From positions 1 through 35,246 of the forward strand of contig DBEYTJ010000160.1 in assembly GCA_048181065.1 (NCBI GenBank): a stretch of DNA of 35,246 nt, written 5' to 3'. The translations under genes and the position numbers were made by a program. This document shows positions 17,696 through 29,320 of this stretch, piece after piece. Every line of letters begins with the position of its first letter. Within the stretch, counting starts at the first letter, position 1. The notes beneath the pieces are model-generated. The model did not search any database. It saw only the letters and a program-made list of their open reading frames with translations, and was not told the origin of the DNA. This DNA comes from Collinsella sp. Its GTDB lineage: Bacteria; Actinomycetota; Coriobacteriia; Coriobacteriales; Coriobacteriaceae.

Positions 17696-18730
17696 CTACC
17701 AGATTCCCAGCACGTGCTGCATTCCCAAACTCATGCAAGCAATGCCAATCCAGCAGCAAAAGCCCAATGCGATGGGCTTGCCGCCCTTTTTGACCAGCTC
17801 GACGATATCGGTATTAAAGCCAATAGCCGCCATGGCCATCACGATAAAGAACTTCGACAGTTCCTTGATGGGCGCCGTAATGGATGCAGGAAGCTGAAGC
17901 ACCGTAGTGATTACGCTCGCCAGCACAAAGAACAGCACGAACATGGGAAACGCGCGTTTAAGCGAGAACGTGCTTTTGGCGTCGCCGCCGGCCTTGCGCG
18001 CCAGATGCATCTGCCAGCAAGCGAGAACCAACGTAATGGGAATAATGGCCAGCGTCCTGGTAAGCTTGACCACCGTGGCGCTTTCGAGCACATTGGCGCC
18101 GGGATGCATACTGTCCCAGGCGCTCGCCGCAGCCGTTACCGACGAGGTGTCGTTGATGGCGGTGCCGGCAAACAGGCCAAAGCCCTCGTTGGTCAGCCCG
18201 AGCATGCCGCCGAGCGTCGGAAACACGAGCGCCGCGATAACGTTAAACAGGAAGATGACCGAAATAGCCTGGGCGATCTCGCGATCGTCGGCATCGATGA
18301 CGGGTGCGGTCGCGGCGATGGCAGAACCGCCGCAAATCGACGAACCCACACCCACAAGCGTCGCGATCTTGCCCGGCACGTTCATAACGCGGCAGAGCAC
18401 GAAAGCGATGACAAGCGAGGTCGAGATCGTCGCCACGATAATCGGCAGCGACTGAGCGCCTTTGGACAGAATCTGCGAGAGGTTCATGCCAAAGCCAAGC
18501 AGGATTACCGCGTACTGCAAGACTTTTTTAGACGTATAGGTGACACCGGCGGCGAGCTGTTCGCGACGATTCTTGGGAAAGACGAGTGCCAGGACCATGC
18601 CAAAGAGGATGGCAAACACCGGACCGCCGACCACCTCAATCTGTTTGCCGAGTAACGTCGCGGGGATGGCGACGATCAGGCAGAACAAGACGCCCTTCCA
18701 GCGCTCGCGTACGATATTCGCCAGTTGCAT
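17696..18730 (-). CDS. YeiH family (putative sulfate exporter) membrane protein
   Basis: LQYAVILLGF, GSSICGGSAIAA, GTAINDTSSV, VKLTRTL. Confidence 0.92.
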   Translation of the reverse strand: MQLANIVRERWKGVLFCLIVAIPATLLGKQIEVVGGPVFAILFGMVLALVFPKNRREQLAAGVTYTSKKVLQYAVILLGFGMNLSQILSKGAQSLPIIVATISTSLVIAFVLCRVMNVPGKIATLVGVGSSICGGSAIAATAPVIDADDREIAQAISVIFLFNVIAALVFPTLGGMLGLTNEGFGLFAGTAINDTSSVTAAASAWDSMHPGANVLESATVVKLTRTLAIIPITLVLACWQMHLARKAGGDAKSTFSLKRAFPMFVLFFVLASVITTVLQLPASITAPIKELSKFFIVMAMAAIGFNTDIVELVKKGGKPIALGFCCWIGIACMSLGMQHVLGIW

Positions 18731-18923
18731 ATGGGATTCCTTCTTTCTATTTCACGTTTGCGACGGCTTATGATACGGCAACATTGAGCACAGCCTTGCG
18801 CAAACACAGACCAAGATGCCGCAATAGTTCTTGGGCAACAGCCGAATTACCCACCACGGAGAGCTGATTCGCGGCATAATTAACAGCTGATATATGAGTG
18901 TGATAGAACGGTTGCGAGGCACT

Positions 18924-19625
18924 ATGGAAGAATCGATGCACGTCGGCGAGCAGGAAATGAGCCTACAGGATCAGTCCTACCACACCATTCGACGCAAAAT
19001 CGTCTACCTGGACTACAAGCCGGGCGAAAAGCTGGGCGTCAAGCAGCTTTGCGACGACCTGGATATGGGGCGCACCCCTGTGCGCGAGGCGCTGGTGCGT
19101 CTGGCGCAAGAGGGCCTGGTGCGTACCGTGCCCCAAAGCGGCACCTATGTCTCGCCCATCAACCTCACTCTTGCCGAGAGCGCCTGCTACATTCGCGAGC
19201 ACCTGGAAAAGCAGGTGATTGTGGAGTGCTGTGCCCGTGCCACCTCGGCAGGCATCGAGCAGCTCGACCGAGCCATCGCGCTGCAGGAAAAGACCATGGC
19301 CGAGGAGGATCGCATCGGCTTCTTTTTAAGCGACAACCTCATGCACCGCATGATCTTTAGCATCGCATGCCGCAGCACCGTATGGTCGTGGCTCGAAGAG
19401 ACCAATGCCGACCTGGAGCGCTTCCGCTGGCTGCGCGCCGCCACGCAGACGCTCGACAATCAGGAGATTGTTAACGAGCACAAGCAAATCCGCCGCGCCA
19501 TCGCCGGCCGCGACCCCATCGAGGCGAGCTTTTTGGTCAGCAAGCACCTGCATATGATGTTCCGCAACCAGACCGAGGTCCTGGACCAATATCCCAAGTA
19601 CTTCGAGACCAGCAAGCTCCGCTAA
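18924..19625 (+). CDS. GntR family regulator (FCD domain)
   Basis: YKPGEKL, MGRTPVREAL.RL..EGLV..VPQSGTYV; C-term EH..I..AI..RD...H. Start uncertain (18894/18924/18957). Confidence 0.9.
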   Translation: MEESMHVGEQEMSLQDQSYHTIRRKIVYLDYKPGEKLGVKQLCDDLDMGRTPVREALVRLAQEGLVRTVPQSGTYVSPINLTLAESACYIREHLEKQVIVECCARATSAGIEQLDRAIALQEKTMAEEDRIGFFLSDNLMHRMIFSIACRSTVWSWLEETNADLERFRWLRAATQTLDNQEIVNEHKQIRRAIAGRDPIEASFLVSKHLHMMFRNQTEVLDQYPKYFETSKLR

Positions 19626-19659
19626 CCTGCCAAAAAGGGACAGGTTTATTTTGGCAGGT
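19625..19659. repeat. ACCTGCCAA-GGGACAGG-TTGGCAGGT repeat (copy 1)
   Basis: Identical 35-mer at 24859-24893; inverted near-identical copy at 21800-21834. Confidence 0.88.
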
Positions 19660-19679
19660 TTTATCTGAGCAAATGCAAC

Positions 19680-19713
19680 AAGGCCCGACTCCGCCACAAC
19701 GGAGCCGGGCCTT
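19680..19713 (-). terminator. Terminator hairpin after glmS
   Basis: AAGGCCCG.CTCCG/CGGAG.CGGGCCTT stem. Confidence 0.65.
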
Positions 19714-19736
19714 GGTCGCTAGAACGGCGGAACCAA

Positions 19737-21584
<1,848 letters not shown>

Positions 21585-21799
21585 AGGATGAATCCCTTCG
21601 TTCGCGTGACTGCAAGACGTCCACGCACGGGAGGCGCTGAGACGTATAACGTTCGAGTATTGTACTCACGCAAGCGTAAGCTGATATACCAGAAGTGGTA
21701 TCTCAACTTAGATACCACCCGATGCACACATGCCCAAACCACCACGATGGGGACAGGCGCCTTTGTGGTGGCTTGGGCTCCAGCGTTTGCCATGATAAA

Positions 21800-21834
21800 A
21801 CCTGCCAAAATAAACCTGTCCCTAATTGGCAGGT
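21800..21834. repeat. ACCTGCCAA-GGGACAGG-TTGGCAGGT repeat (copy 2, inverted)
   Basis: Reverse complement ACCTGCCAATTAGGGACAGGTTTATTTTGGCAGGT differs from copy 1 at 2 positions. Confidence 0.88.
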
Positions 21835-21901
21835 TTTGACACCCTAGGGACAGGCGATGCTACAATCTGGCTTGTACTTGAAACGCATCAAAGGGGCCGC
21901 T

Positions 21902-23014
21902 ATGGCAAAGGTAAAAATCAGCGACGTCGCGCGCGAGGCCGGGGTTTCGTTGGGCACGGTTTCCAACGCACTCAACCACCCCGAAAAGCTGCGCCCCGAG
22001 ACCCTCAAACTCATCAACGAGACCATCAACCGCCTTGGCTACCTGCCCAACCAAAGCGCCCGTCAGCTCGCAGGCGGCGCCACCAAGTCCTTTGGCCTGG
22101 TGCTCCCCCGTCTCGATCACGGCTTTTCGCTCCAAATTGCCAGCGGCGCCCATAACGAAGCCCGCAAGCACGGTTACGACCTACTCATCGCCAACGCCGA
22201 TAACGACGATATTCTCCAGGACCATTACCTGCGCTACTTTATGGGCACGCAAATGTCCGGCGTCATGGTTCAGCCCATGGCATCCCCCGACTGGCACCCC
22301 GCTATGACCAAGATGCCCGTGCCGATCGTCCATCTGGACATCCATTGCTCCGAGCCCGGTTACTACGTAGCGGCCGACAACGAGGCACAGGGGCGCATTA
22401 TCGCCGAGCTCGCCATCGCCCGCGGCGCGCATCATATTGTCGTCGTCGGCCGAGCAGCATTTATGCAGCTCACCCTGCGCGTACTTGGCATTCACAAGGC
22501 CCTCGCCCTGCATCCCGATATCAAAATTGAGGTCATTGACGCCGGAGAGTGGAATACCGCAGCCGACGGCTACAGCATTGGCGCTCAGATTGCCGGGCGC
22601 CCCGCCAACGAACGCCCCGATTATGTCGTCGGTCTGACCGACGTGTTGGCCTCGGGCGTTATCTCGGCATTGGTCGACAAAGGCATCTCCGTCCCCGAGC
22701 AGGTTCGCGTGGCCGGATGCGACGGCAACCCACTCGCTTGGAGCGGATCGGTCCCGCTCACTACGGTAGCGCCCCCGGGCTACGAGATTGGCCGCAAGGG
22801 TGTCCAACTGCTGATGGAGCAAATCGAGAACAAGGTCCCGACAAAGACCAAGCATATCCGCGTCGGCTCTGCAGCGCGCACCGTCGCCGCAGTCACCACC
22901 GCAGAGGATATCAACCGCCAAGAACTCGTGCGGCCGTTCCTCCTCGAGCGCGCCAGCACCCAGGCGAGCAGCCACGCCGAAGCCACCGCCATCAACCTAG
23001 GCGCGTATCTATAG
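21902..23014 (+). CDS. LacI family transcriptional regulator
   Basis: ISDVAREAGVSLGTVSNALN, LGYLPNQSARQL, ISVPEQVRVAGCD, PLTTV. Confidence 0.93.
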   Translation: MAKVKISDVAREAGVSLGTVSNALNHPEKLRPETLKLINETINRLGYLPNQSARQLAGGATKSFGLVLPRLDHGFSLQIASGAHNEARKHGYDLLIANADNDDILQDHYLRYFMGTQMSGVMVQPMASPDWHPAMTKMPVPIVHLDIHCSEPGYYVAADNEAQGRIIAELAIARGAHHIVVVGRAAFMQLTLRVLGIHKALALHPDIKIEVIDAGEWNTAADGYSIGAQIAGRPANERPDYVVGLTDVLASGVISALVDKGISVPEQVRVAGCDGNPLAWSGSVPLTTVAPPGYEIGRKGVQLLMEQIENKVPTKTKHIRVGSAARTVAAVTTAEDINRQELVRPFLLERASTQASSHAEATAINLGAYL

Positions 23015-23040
23015 CACGTCGGCCAGTATGCCAAAACGCC

Positions 23041-23087
23041 GCTTAAGCATAAGAGGCCCGACCATTGCCGGACCTCTTATGCTTAAG
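23041..23087. terminator. Hairpin between convergent LacI and HAD genes
   Basis: CTTAAGCATAAGAGG/CCTCTTATGCTTAAG inverted repeat. Confidence 0.6.
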
Positions 23088-23127
23088 TGCAAAGACGGCT
23101 GATTGCTCGCTTCAACGCCGCAACTGC

Positions 23128-23778
23128 CTAGTGCACGGCCTTGACCGCCGCCGCCAGATCGAACAACGTGTCGAGCACGACCTCGCAGCCATCCACCACG
23201 TCCTGCGGCAGCGGCACGATATCGGGCACAGCAAAGACATGACAGCCGGCCGTGATACCCGAGACGCAGCCGTTGCGCGAATCCTCGACCACGGCGCACT
23301 CCTCGGGGGCAAAGCCCGCGCGCTCGCAGGCGAGCAGATACATCTCGGGGTCGGGCTTGCCGTGCACGACGTCCTCGCCACAGGTCACCGTCTCAAACTT
23401 GTCAAAGAGGCCGACCATCTTAAGGTTGCGTTCGGCCGTAGCGAGGCGCGACGACGTCGCAAGGCCCACGTGATAGCCCGCAGCCAGCAGCTCGTCTATG
23501 CACTCGGCGGCGCCGGCCTTAAGCTCCAGTTCGGTCTTGACCATCTCATCGCGAATCTCCTTGTGGCGGGCATAGACCGCCTCGGTGGTTTCGTGGCTGC
23601 CGTAATGCTTATCAAGGATGTCCATGACATCGGGTAGGGTGCGACCGATAAACTGATGGATCAGCGCTTCATCAATCGCGACCCCCAGCTCGGCAGCGCC
23701 CGCCTTCCATGCCTTAATGCCCAAACGCTCGGTATCGACCAGCGTTCCGTCCATGTCAAAAATTACAGCCTTGATCAT
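23128..23778 (-). CDS. HAD family phosphatase (beta-phosphoglucomutase-like)
   Basis: IFDMDGTLVDTE, LATSS, GKPDP, VEDS.NG. Confidence 0.92.
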   Translation of the reverse strand: MIKAVIFDMDGTLVDTERLGIKAWKAGAAELGVAIDEALIHQFIGRTLPDVMDILDKHYGSHETTEAVYARHKEIRDEMVKTELELKAGAAECIDELLAAGYHVGLATSSRLATAERNLKMVGLFDKFETVTCGEDVVHGKPDPEMYLLACERAGFAPEECAVVEDSRNGCVSGITAGCHVFAVPDIVPLPQDVVDGCEVVLDTLFDLAAAVKAVH

Positions 23779-23945
23779 ATCGGCCCCCTCACCGGATTGC
23801 ATTACTGACACTCTACCGCACTTTACAAACTTGTATATAACGTATATAGCATATTGTGCCTTCGTTACATAGATAGAAGTCTTATGACAAGCAGCCCGAT
23901 AGGATTATAGTTTTCGACCGAGCACATATTGGTAAGGAACGTTTC

Positions 23946-24824
23946 ATGCTTTCAAACACCACCGCACCTGCAGAGGAGCTTCAGGACAAACTCGCAGCGC
24001 TCGAACAGCTGCTTTTGGCATATGGACGCGTCGCCATCGGCTTTTCCGGCGGCGTCGACAGCAGCTTTTTAGCCGCGGTCTGCGCCCGCATCATGCCTGA
24101 CAGCACGCTTCTCGTTCACCTCACCACGCCGCTCATCGGCACGCCTGAACAGGCTTCGTTTGAGCGCTCCGTTGACGGGCAAGCCAATGAGGAGCCGCAC
24201 TTTAAGCTCCCCGTGCTCAATCTTTCGGTCGATCAGTTGCAGCTCCCCCAAGTAGCCTGCAACGATGCCAATCGCTGCTACCACTGCAAGCACGCCGGCT
24301 TTACCGCTATCGTCAACCACGCCAAGTCGCTCGGCTTTCCCACCGTCATCGATGGCAGCAATGCGAGCGATCGCGGTGACTACCGTCCTGGCATGCGCGC
24401 GGCAAAAGAGCTCGGCGTACGCTCCCCTCTCATGGAAGTCGGCTTTACCAAGGACGAAGAGCGCGAGCTGCTGCGCGCATGGGGCTATCCCGTTTGGAAC
24501 CTGCCGGCGGGAGCCTGTCTTGCCACGCGCGTCCCCACGGGCGAGGAGCTTACGCGCGAGAAGGTCGATTTAATCCGCGCCTGCGAGGACTACCTGCACG
24601 ATCTTGGTCTGACGCAGGTTCGCGCGCGCTTGGTCGGCGGCTGCATGCATATCGAGACCGCGCCCGCAGATGTCGCCAAGATCGCCGCCCTCGGCGGTGC
24701 TACCGTCGACGGCGAGGGCAAGACCCCGCTGCCCGCCGCCATCGAGTCCGCGCTGCGCGAGCTGGGCTGCGGCCATATCTCCCCCGAGGTCACCCCCTAC
24801 ATCCACGGCAACATGAACCTTTAG
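23946..24824 (+). CDS. larE: ATP-dependent sulfur transferase LarE
   Basis: PP-loop FSGGVDS, RCYHCK, DGSN..D..DYRPG, SPL, CLATRVP.G, QVRAR. Confidence 0.85.
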   Translation: MLSNTTAPAEELQDKLAALEQLLLAYGRVAIGFSGGVDSSFLAAVCARIMPDSTLLVHLTTPLIGTPEQASFERSVDGQANEEPHFKLPVLNLSVDQLQLPQVACNDANRCYHCKHAGFTAIVNHAKSLGFPTVIDGSNASDRGDYRPGMRAAKELGVRSPLMEVGFTKDEERELLRAWGYPVWNLPAGACLATRVPTGEELTREKVDLIRACEDYLHDLGLTQVRARLVGGCMHIETAPADVAKIAALGGATVDGEGKTPLPAAIESALRELGCGHISPEVTPYIHGNMNL

Positions 24825-24858
24825 GTTACGCCGTTTTACAAACGGCGTAACTGCTCTG

Positions 24859-24893
24859 ACCTGCCAAAAAGGGACAGGTTTATTTTGGCAGGT
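24859..24893. repeat. ACCTGCCAA-GGGACAGG-TTGGCAGGT repeat (copy 3)
   Basis: Identical to 19625-19659. Confidence 0.88.
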
Positions 24894-25062
24894 ATTATCT
24901 GGGGAAACGCCGAATAGCTTTATATACACAGCCGCCGCGGCTCCATATGAGGTAAATGAATCAGTAGCGTTTGTCCCAAATCTTAAGTATTTGTTCGATA
25001 GAACGGCCCCTGCCGGCACCTGCTAGACTGGTAGATTCCCAACCATCTAGCCAGGAGCCGCA

Positions 25063-26028
25063 ATGTCGCGCAAGTCCGCCTACAAGCAAGCACTTTCCAT
25101 CGGCACCGCCGTGGTGCTGGGGTTTGCGCTGTTTACGGGATCGCTCGACGGGGCGCCCAGACTGCTCTCGCCGCAAAGTGATGAGCAGGCGGCAGCCCTG
25201 GCCGAGAAGCAAGACGAGAGTCCCAGCCGCACCGACGACGAGGCAGACCTGGTTGCCCGACTCGAATCGGGAACAGCGAGCTCCGAGGACTCCGGCGATG
25301 GCTCCGAATCCACCGCGACCAACACCAACGGCAACGTTGCCGCGGACAGCGCCGCCACCCCCATCGACGAGGTGGAAAACCCCGATCTCGACCGCGCTCG
25401 CGGCGTATACCTCAGCAGCATTCCCGACTACGCGGGCAATCCCTACGTTGCCCTTCGCGCCGACAGCACGCACCCGCTCGGCACGCCGTCGTTCACGCTT
25501 GACGAGTATGAGCGTGCCACCGAAGAAGGCTGCTTTAAGAAATTCTCCAAGCTCGACAGCCTGGGCCGCACTCGCAAGGCGCTCGCCTGCGTAGGCCCTG
25601 AGTCGCTCGGACAGGGCAAGCGCGGCGACATCTCGCGCATCCACCCTGCCGGTTGGCATCAGCAGCGCTACGACTTTATTCCAGGCCAGAGCCTCTACAA
25701 CCGCTGCCACCTCATCGCCTGGTCGCTCTGCGGCGAAAACGCCAACCGCAAGAATCTCCTCACCGGCACGCGCTATCTCAACGAGACGGGCATGCTGCCG
25801 TTTGAAGAGCAGGTCCTCGACTACATCCGCGACACGGGCAACCATGTGCTCTACCGCGTCACGCCCATGTACAACGAAGAGGAACTCGTCTGTCGCGGCG
25901 TTCGCCTTGAGGCGCAATCGATCGAGGACCACGGCAAGACCCTGTGCTTCCACGTGTACTGCTACAACCTGCAGCCGCACGTGCAGATCGACTACGCCAC
26001 CGGCCGCAACCAGGCCTCGGGGGACTAG
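25063..26028 (+). CDS. Membrane-anchored DNA/RNA non-specific endonuclease (EndA/DNA-entry type)
   Basis: N-term hydrophobic anchor, acidic linker, LDSLGR, PAGW, YNRCHLIA..L.GEN, NL.TGTRYLN, YRVTP, IDYATG. Confidence 0.88.
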   Translation: MSRKSAYKQALSIGTAVVLGFALFTGSLDGAPRLLSPQSDEQAAALAEKQDESPSRTDDEADLVARLESGTASSEDSGDGSESTATNTNGNVAADSAATPIDEVENPDLDRARGVYLSSIPDYAGNPYVALRADSTHPLGTPSFTLDEYERATEEGCFKKFSKLDSLGRTRKALACVGPESLGQGKRGDISRIHPAGWHQQRYDFIPGQSLYNRCHLIAWSLCGENANRKNLLTGTRYLNETGMLPFEEQVLDYIRDTGNHVLYRVTPMYNEEELVCRGVRLEAQSIEDHGKTLCFHVYCYNLQPHVQIDYATGRNQASGD

Positions 26029-26072
26029 TCCCGAGCCACGCCAAGAAGCGATTTGCAGCCCCGCTGGGCATC

Positions 26073-26108
26073 AAAAAGGGCCGCCCTGGATTGCCCAGAG
26101 CGGCCCTT
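26073..26108. terminator. Terminator between nuclease and EF-G paralog
   Basis: AAGGGCCGC/GCGGCCCTT stem with T5 on minus strand. Confidence 0.75.
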
Positions 26109-26142
26109 GCATCGGCACGCATGTTGCAGGCAACGCCACACG

Positions 26143-28218
26143 TTACTTGGCGCGGCCCTCCTCATAGCGCTCGACCAGCTTGGCCTGAACGTCATAAGGC
26201 ACCTGCTCATAGCCTGCGGGCTTCATGGTAAAGTCGCCTGTGCCGCGCGTGATAGAGCGCAGGCGCGTCGAATAATCCGTCAGCTCGGCCAGCGGCGCCT
26301 GGGCAATAACAACGGTATCGCCGCGCTCATCGGTCTCCATACCCGTCACGCGACCGCGCGAGGCCGAGATGTCGCCCATCACGGCGCCGGCGTAGCTCTC
26401 GGGGATAGTCACCGTGATTTCCTCGATGGGCTCCAGCACCACCGGGTCGGCATCGGCGCATGCCTTGCGCAGGCCGATGCGAGCTGCCGCGCGAAACGCC
26501 ATCTCGTTGGAGTCGACGCTATGATACGAGCCGTCGTACACAGCCACGCGGATGCCCGTGAGCGGGTAACCGGCAATGATGCCGTCCTTCATGGTCTCCT
26601 GGACGCCCTTGTCCACGGCGGGAATGAGCGAGCGCGGGATGCGGCCACCCACGACCTCGTCAACAAACTCATAGCCGTCGCTCGTGCCGTCGGGCCCAAT
26701 GAGCGGCTCCACGCGCAGCCAGCAGTCGCCGTACTGACCGGCGCCGCCTGTCTGCTTCTTGTGGCGGCCCTGAGCGCTTGCCGTGCGGCGGATGGTCTCG
26801 CGATACGGAATGCGGATCGGCACGCTTTTGGCCACGACCTTGGTACGGTCCTCAAGACGATTGAGCAGCACCGAAACCTGCGCCTCGCCCACCGCCGAGA
26901 TGATAGTCTGGCCGGTCTCCTCGTCGCGGTCGATGCTCATGGTCGGATCGGCCTTACAGGCCTTCTCGATAAACGTGTAGAGCTTCTCTTCATCGCCGCG
27001 ATTCTCGGCCTCAATGGCGATGCGGTACTGCGAGTTGGGGAACTTAAACGCCGCAGCCTCGACCTTGCCGGTAATCGAGAGCGTATCGCCCGTCTCGGCC
27101 GCCAGCTTGGGCGCCACGATGATGTCGCCGGCATAGGCGTGACCGACCTCGGTCATGTCGCGGCCGCACATCACATACAGGTGAGCCAGACGATCGCTCT
27201 TGCGCGTGCGCGCATTGATCAGCTCAAGGCCCGGCTCAAGCGTACCCGTCAGCACCTTGATAAAGCTGATGCGACCCTGCTGCGGGTCGGCCAGGGTCTT
27301 AAACACAAAAGCCACCGGGCGGTCATCGTCACTCGAGATCTTGAGCGAGTCGCCGTCGATGAGCGGCATCTCGCCGTAGTCAGTCGGCGCCGGGAAGTAC
27401 GTGGCAATGTCGTCCATCAGCGAGTTGACGCCCTGCTCCTTAATGCAATCGCCCGCAAAGACCGGCACAAAGATGCGCTCGGCGATCGCTTTCGACAGCA
27501 GGCCTTCGAGCTCCTCCTGCGTCAGCGTCTCCTCGCCTTCCAGGTACTTCATCATCAGCTCATCGTCGGCCTCGGCCACCAACTCGCACAGATGGTCGTG
27601 GGCCTCCTCGGCCTGGGCACGATACTCCTCGGGAATCTCCGACTCAACGGCCTCGGCGCCGTTGCAGTGGCGCGCCTTCATACGCACCAGGTCGATAATG
27701 CCGTCAAAGTCCTCGCCCTCGCCCCAGGGGAGGGTCACGGCACCCAAACGCGTGCCAAAACGCTCCTGCAGCAGGTCCATTGTGGTCGTAAAGCTGGCCT
27801 CGGGACGCGACAGGCGGTTCACGAACACCGCACGCGCCAGGCGCAGGTCCTCGGCGGCGTACCAAAGCTTAACCGTCGTCGGCTGCGGGCCGGCCTCGGC
27901 GTCGACCACAAACAGCGCCGTCTCGCAGACGCTCATCGCAGCAAAGGCGTCGCCGATAAAATCGGGGTAGCACGGGGCATCGAGCACGTTGATGCGGGCG
28001 CCCTTCCAATCGATCGGCGCGATGGTCGTCGAGATGGAGAATGAACGCTTGACCTCTTCGGGGTCATAGTCGAGCGTGGGCTTGGTGCCGTCGTGGCCGC
28101 CCAGGCGGGCGGTCTTACCGGAAAGGTGGAGCATGGCCTCGGCGAGTGAAGTCTTGCCCACCCCGCCTTGGCCTACGAGCACCACGTTCCTTACGTTGCC
28201 AGTCTTGGGAGCACCCAT
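26143..28218 (-). CDS. Elongation factor G paralog (EF-G2 type)
   Basis: RNVVLVG.GGVGKTSL, IPYRETI, KKQTGGAGQYG, DGSYHSVDSNEMAF, VLEPI; outside the str operon; AAGGAGG RBS. Confidence 0.92.
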   Translation of the reverse strand: MGAPKTGNVRNVVLVGQGGVGKTSLAEAMLHLSGKTARLGGHDGTKPTLDYDPEEVKRSFSISTTIAPIDWKGARINVLDAPCYPDFIGDAFAAMSVCETALFVVDAEAGPQPTTVKLWYAAEDLRLARAVFVNRLSRPEASFTTTMDLLQERFGTRLGAVTLPWGEGEDFDGIIDLVRMKARHCNGAEAVESEIPEEYRAQAEEAHDHLCELVAEADDELMMKYLEGEETLTQEELEGLLSKAIAERIFVPVFAGDCIKEQGVNSLMDDIATYFPAPTDYGEMPLIDGDSLKISSDDDRPVAFVFKTLADPQQGRISFIKVLTGTLEPGLELINARTRKSDRLAHLYVMCGRDMTEVGHAYAGDIIVAPKLAAETGDTLSITGKVEAAAFKFPNSQYRIAIEAENRGDEEKLYTFIEKACKADPTMSIDRDEETGQTIISAVGEAQVSVLLNRLEDRTKVVAKSVPIRIPYRETIRRTASAQGRHKKQTGGAGQYGDCWLRVEPLIGPDGTSDGYEFVDEVVGGRIPRSLIPAVDKGVQETMKDGIIAGYPLTGIRVAVYDGSYHSVDSNEMAFRAAARIGLRKACADADPVVLEPIEEITVTIPESYAGAVMGDISASRGRVTGMETDERGDTVVIAQAPLAELTDYSTRLRSITRGTGDFTMKPAGYEQVPYDVQAKLVERYEEGRAK

Positions 28219-28456
28219 GATGACCTCCTTGCAGGGCCGCGCGCATTGCGCGACGCCAACGGGGAGAGTTCGCGGTCGGTGCCGTCCCGGGAGCAGCATG
28301 GTCGGCAGTCGATCCGACTCACCCTCCAAATGTCCTATGCCACCACCCTACCCTTGCAGTCGCCTGTCCATGCAGACCTTTCGGCACGCGTATGGATACG
28401 GGCGGCGAGAGGAGGGGGCAAGCTTGCGAGGCGATTATTGGACCCCGCGAATGCAA

Positions 28457-28495
28457 ATAAAATGCCGCCCCAGGCCGTAAGACCTGCGGCGGCAT
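28457..28495 (-). terminator. Terminator after amino-acid ABC operon
   Basis: ATGCCGC..CAGG/CCTG.GGCGGCAT stem with TTTTATTT tail on minus strand. Confidence 0.75.
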
Positions 28496-28528
28496 CACCT
28501 CAATAAGCAGTTGAGTAAATAGCTGAGC

Positions 28529-29305
28529 CTATCCCTCTATACGGCTCAAGAACTCACGGGTACGCTGCTCGCGCGGATGGTCGATGACCTGCTCGGCCGG
28601 ACCCTCCTCGACAATGCGGCCGCCGTCCATAAAGACCACGCGGTCGGCAACGTCGCGGGCAAACTGCATCGCGTGCGTCACAATCACCATCGTCATATTC
28701 TGCGCGGCCAGATCCTTGATGACGCGCAGAACCTCGGCCGTCAGCTCGGGATCGAGCGCCGAGGTCGGCTCGTCAAAGAACAAGATTTCCGGGTCGAGCG
28801 CCAGGGCGCGGGCAATACTCACGCGCTGCTGCTGACCGCCCGAAAGCTCACAGGGCACCTTGTTCTCGTTGCCCGTCAGCCCCATCTGTGCAATAAGCTC
28901 GTGTGCGCGGGCCTCCGCCTGCTCGCGCGGGCGCTTAAGCACGCGGATCGGTGCATCGGTGATGTTTTTCATCACGGTATAGTGCGGGAACAGATTGTAG
29001 TTCTGAAACACCAGGCCAAACCGCGAGCGCGCCTGCTTGGGCACGTCGCCTTTCGCATATACCGCACCCGACCCCGTATCCGTCGCGACGGCAAGGTCGC
29101 CAAACGAGAGCGAGCCGCCGTCGAGCGTCTCGAGCAGCGTGGCGCAGCGCAGCAGCGTGGACTTACCGCCACCAGAAGGTCCGATAATCGCCACGACCTC
29201 GCCGCGCTTGACCTCGAGTGAAATATCCTTGAGCACCTCATTGCCGCCAAACGCCTTACGCGCGTTCGATATATTCATTACCGTTCCGGACACGGGAACC
29301 TCCAT
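28529..29305 (-). CDS. Amino-acid ABC transporter ATP-binding protein (GlnQ-like)
   Basis: GPSGGGKST, VFQNYNLFPH, LSGGQQQRV, FDEPTSALDPE; start may be 29278. Confidence 0.93.
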   Translation of the reverse strand: MEVPVSGTVMNISNARKAFGGNEVLKDISLEVKRGEVVAIIGPSGGGKSTLLRCATLLETLDGGSLSFGDLAVATDTGSGAVYAKGDVPKQARSRFGLVFQNYNLFPHYTVMKNITDAPIRVLKRPREQAEARAHELIAQMGLTGNENKVPCELSGGQQQRVSIARALALDPEILFFDEPTSALDPELTAEVLRVIKDLAAQNMTMVIVTHAMQFARDVADRVVFMDGGRIVEEGPAEQVIDHPREQRTREFLSRIEG

Positions 29306-29320
29306 GTGTTTAAAAAGTCA

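Noticed and set aside
21585..21800. Canonical glmS ribozyme
   Set aside because: Core elements (GACGAGG, P1) are absent and the leader is too short.
26053..28044. 663-aa + strand ORF
   Set aside because: Antisense shadow of the EF-G paralog.
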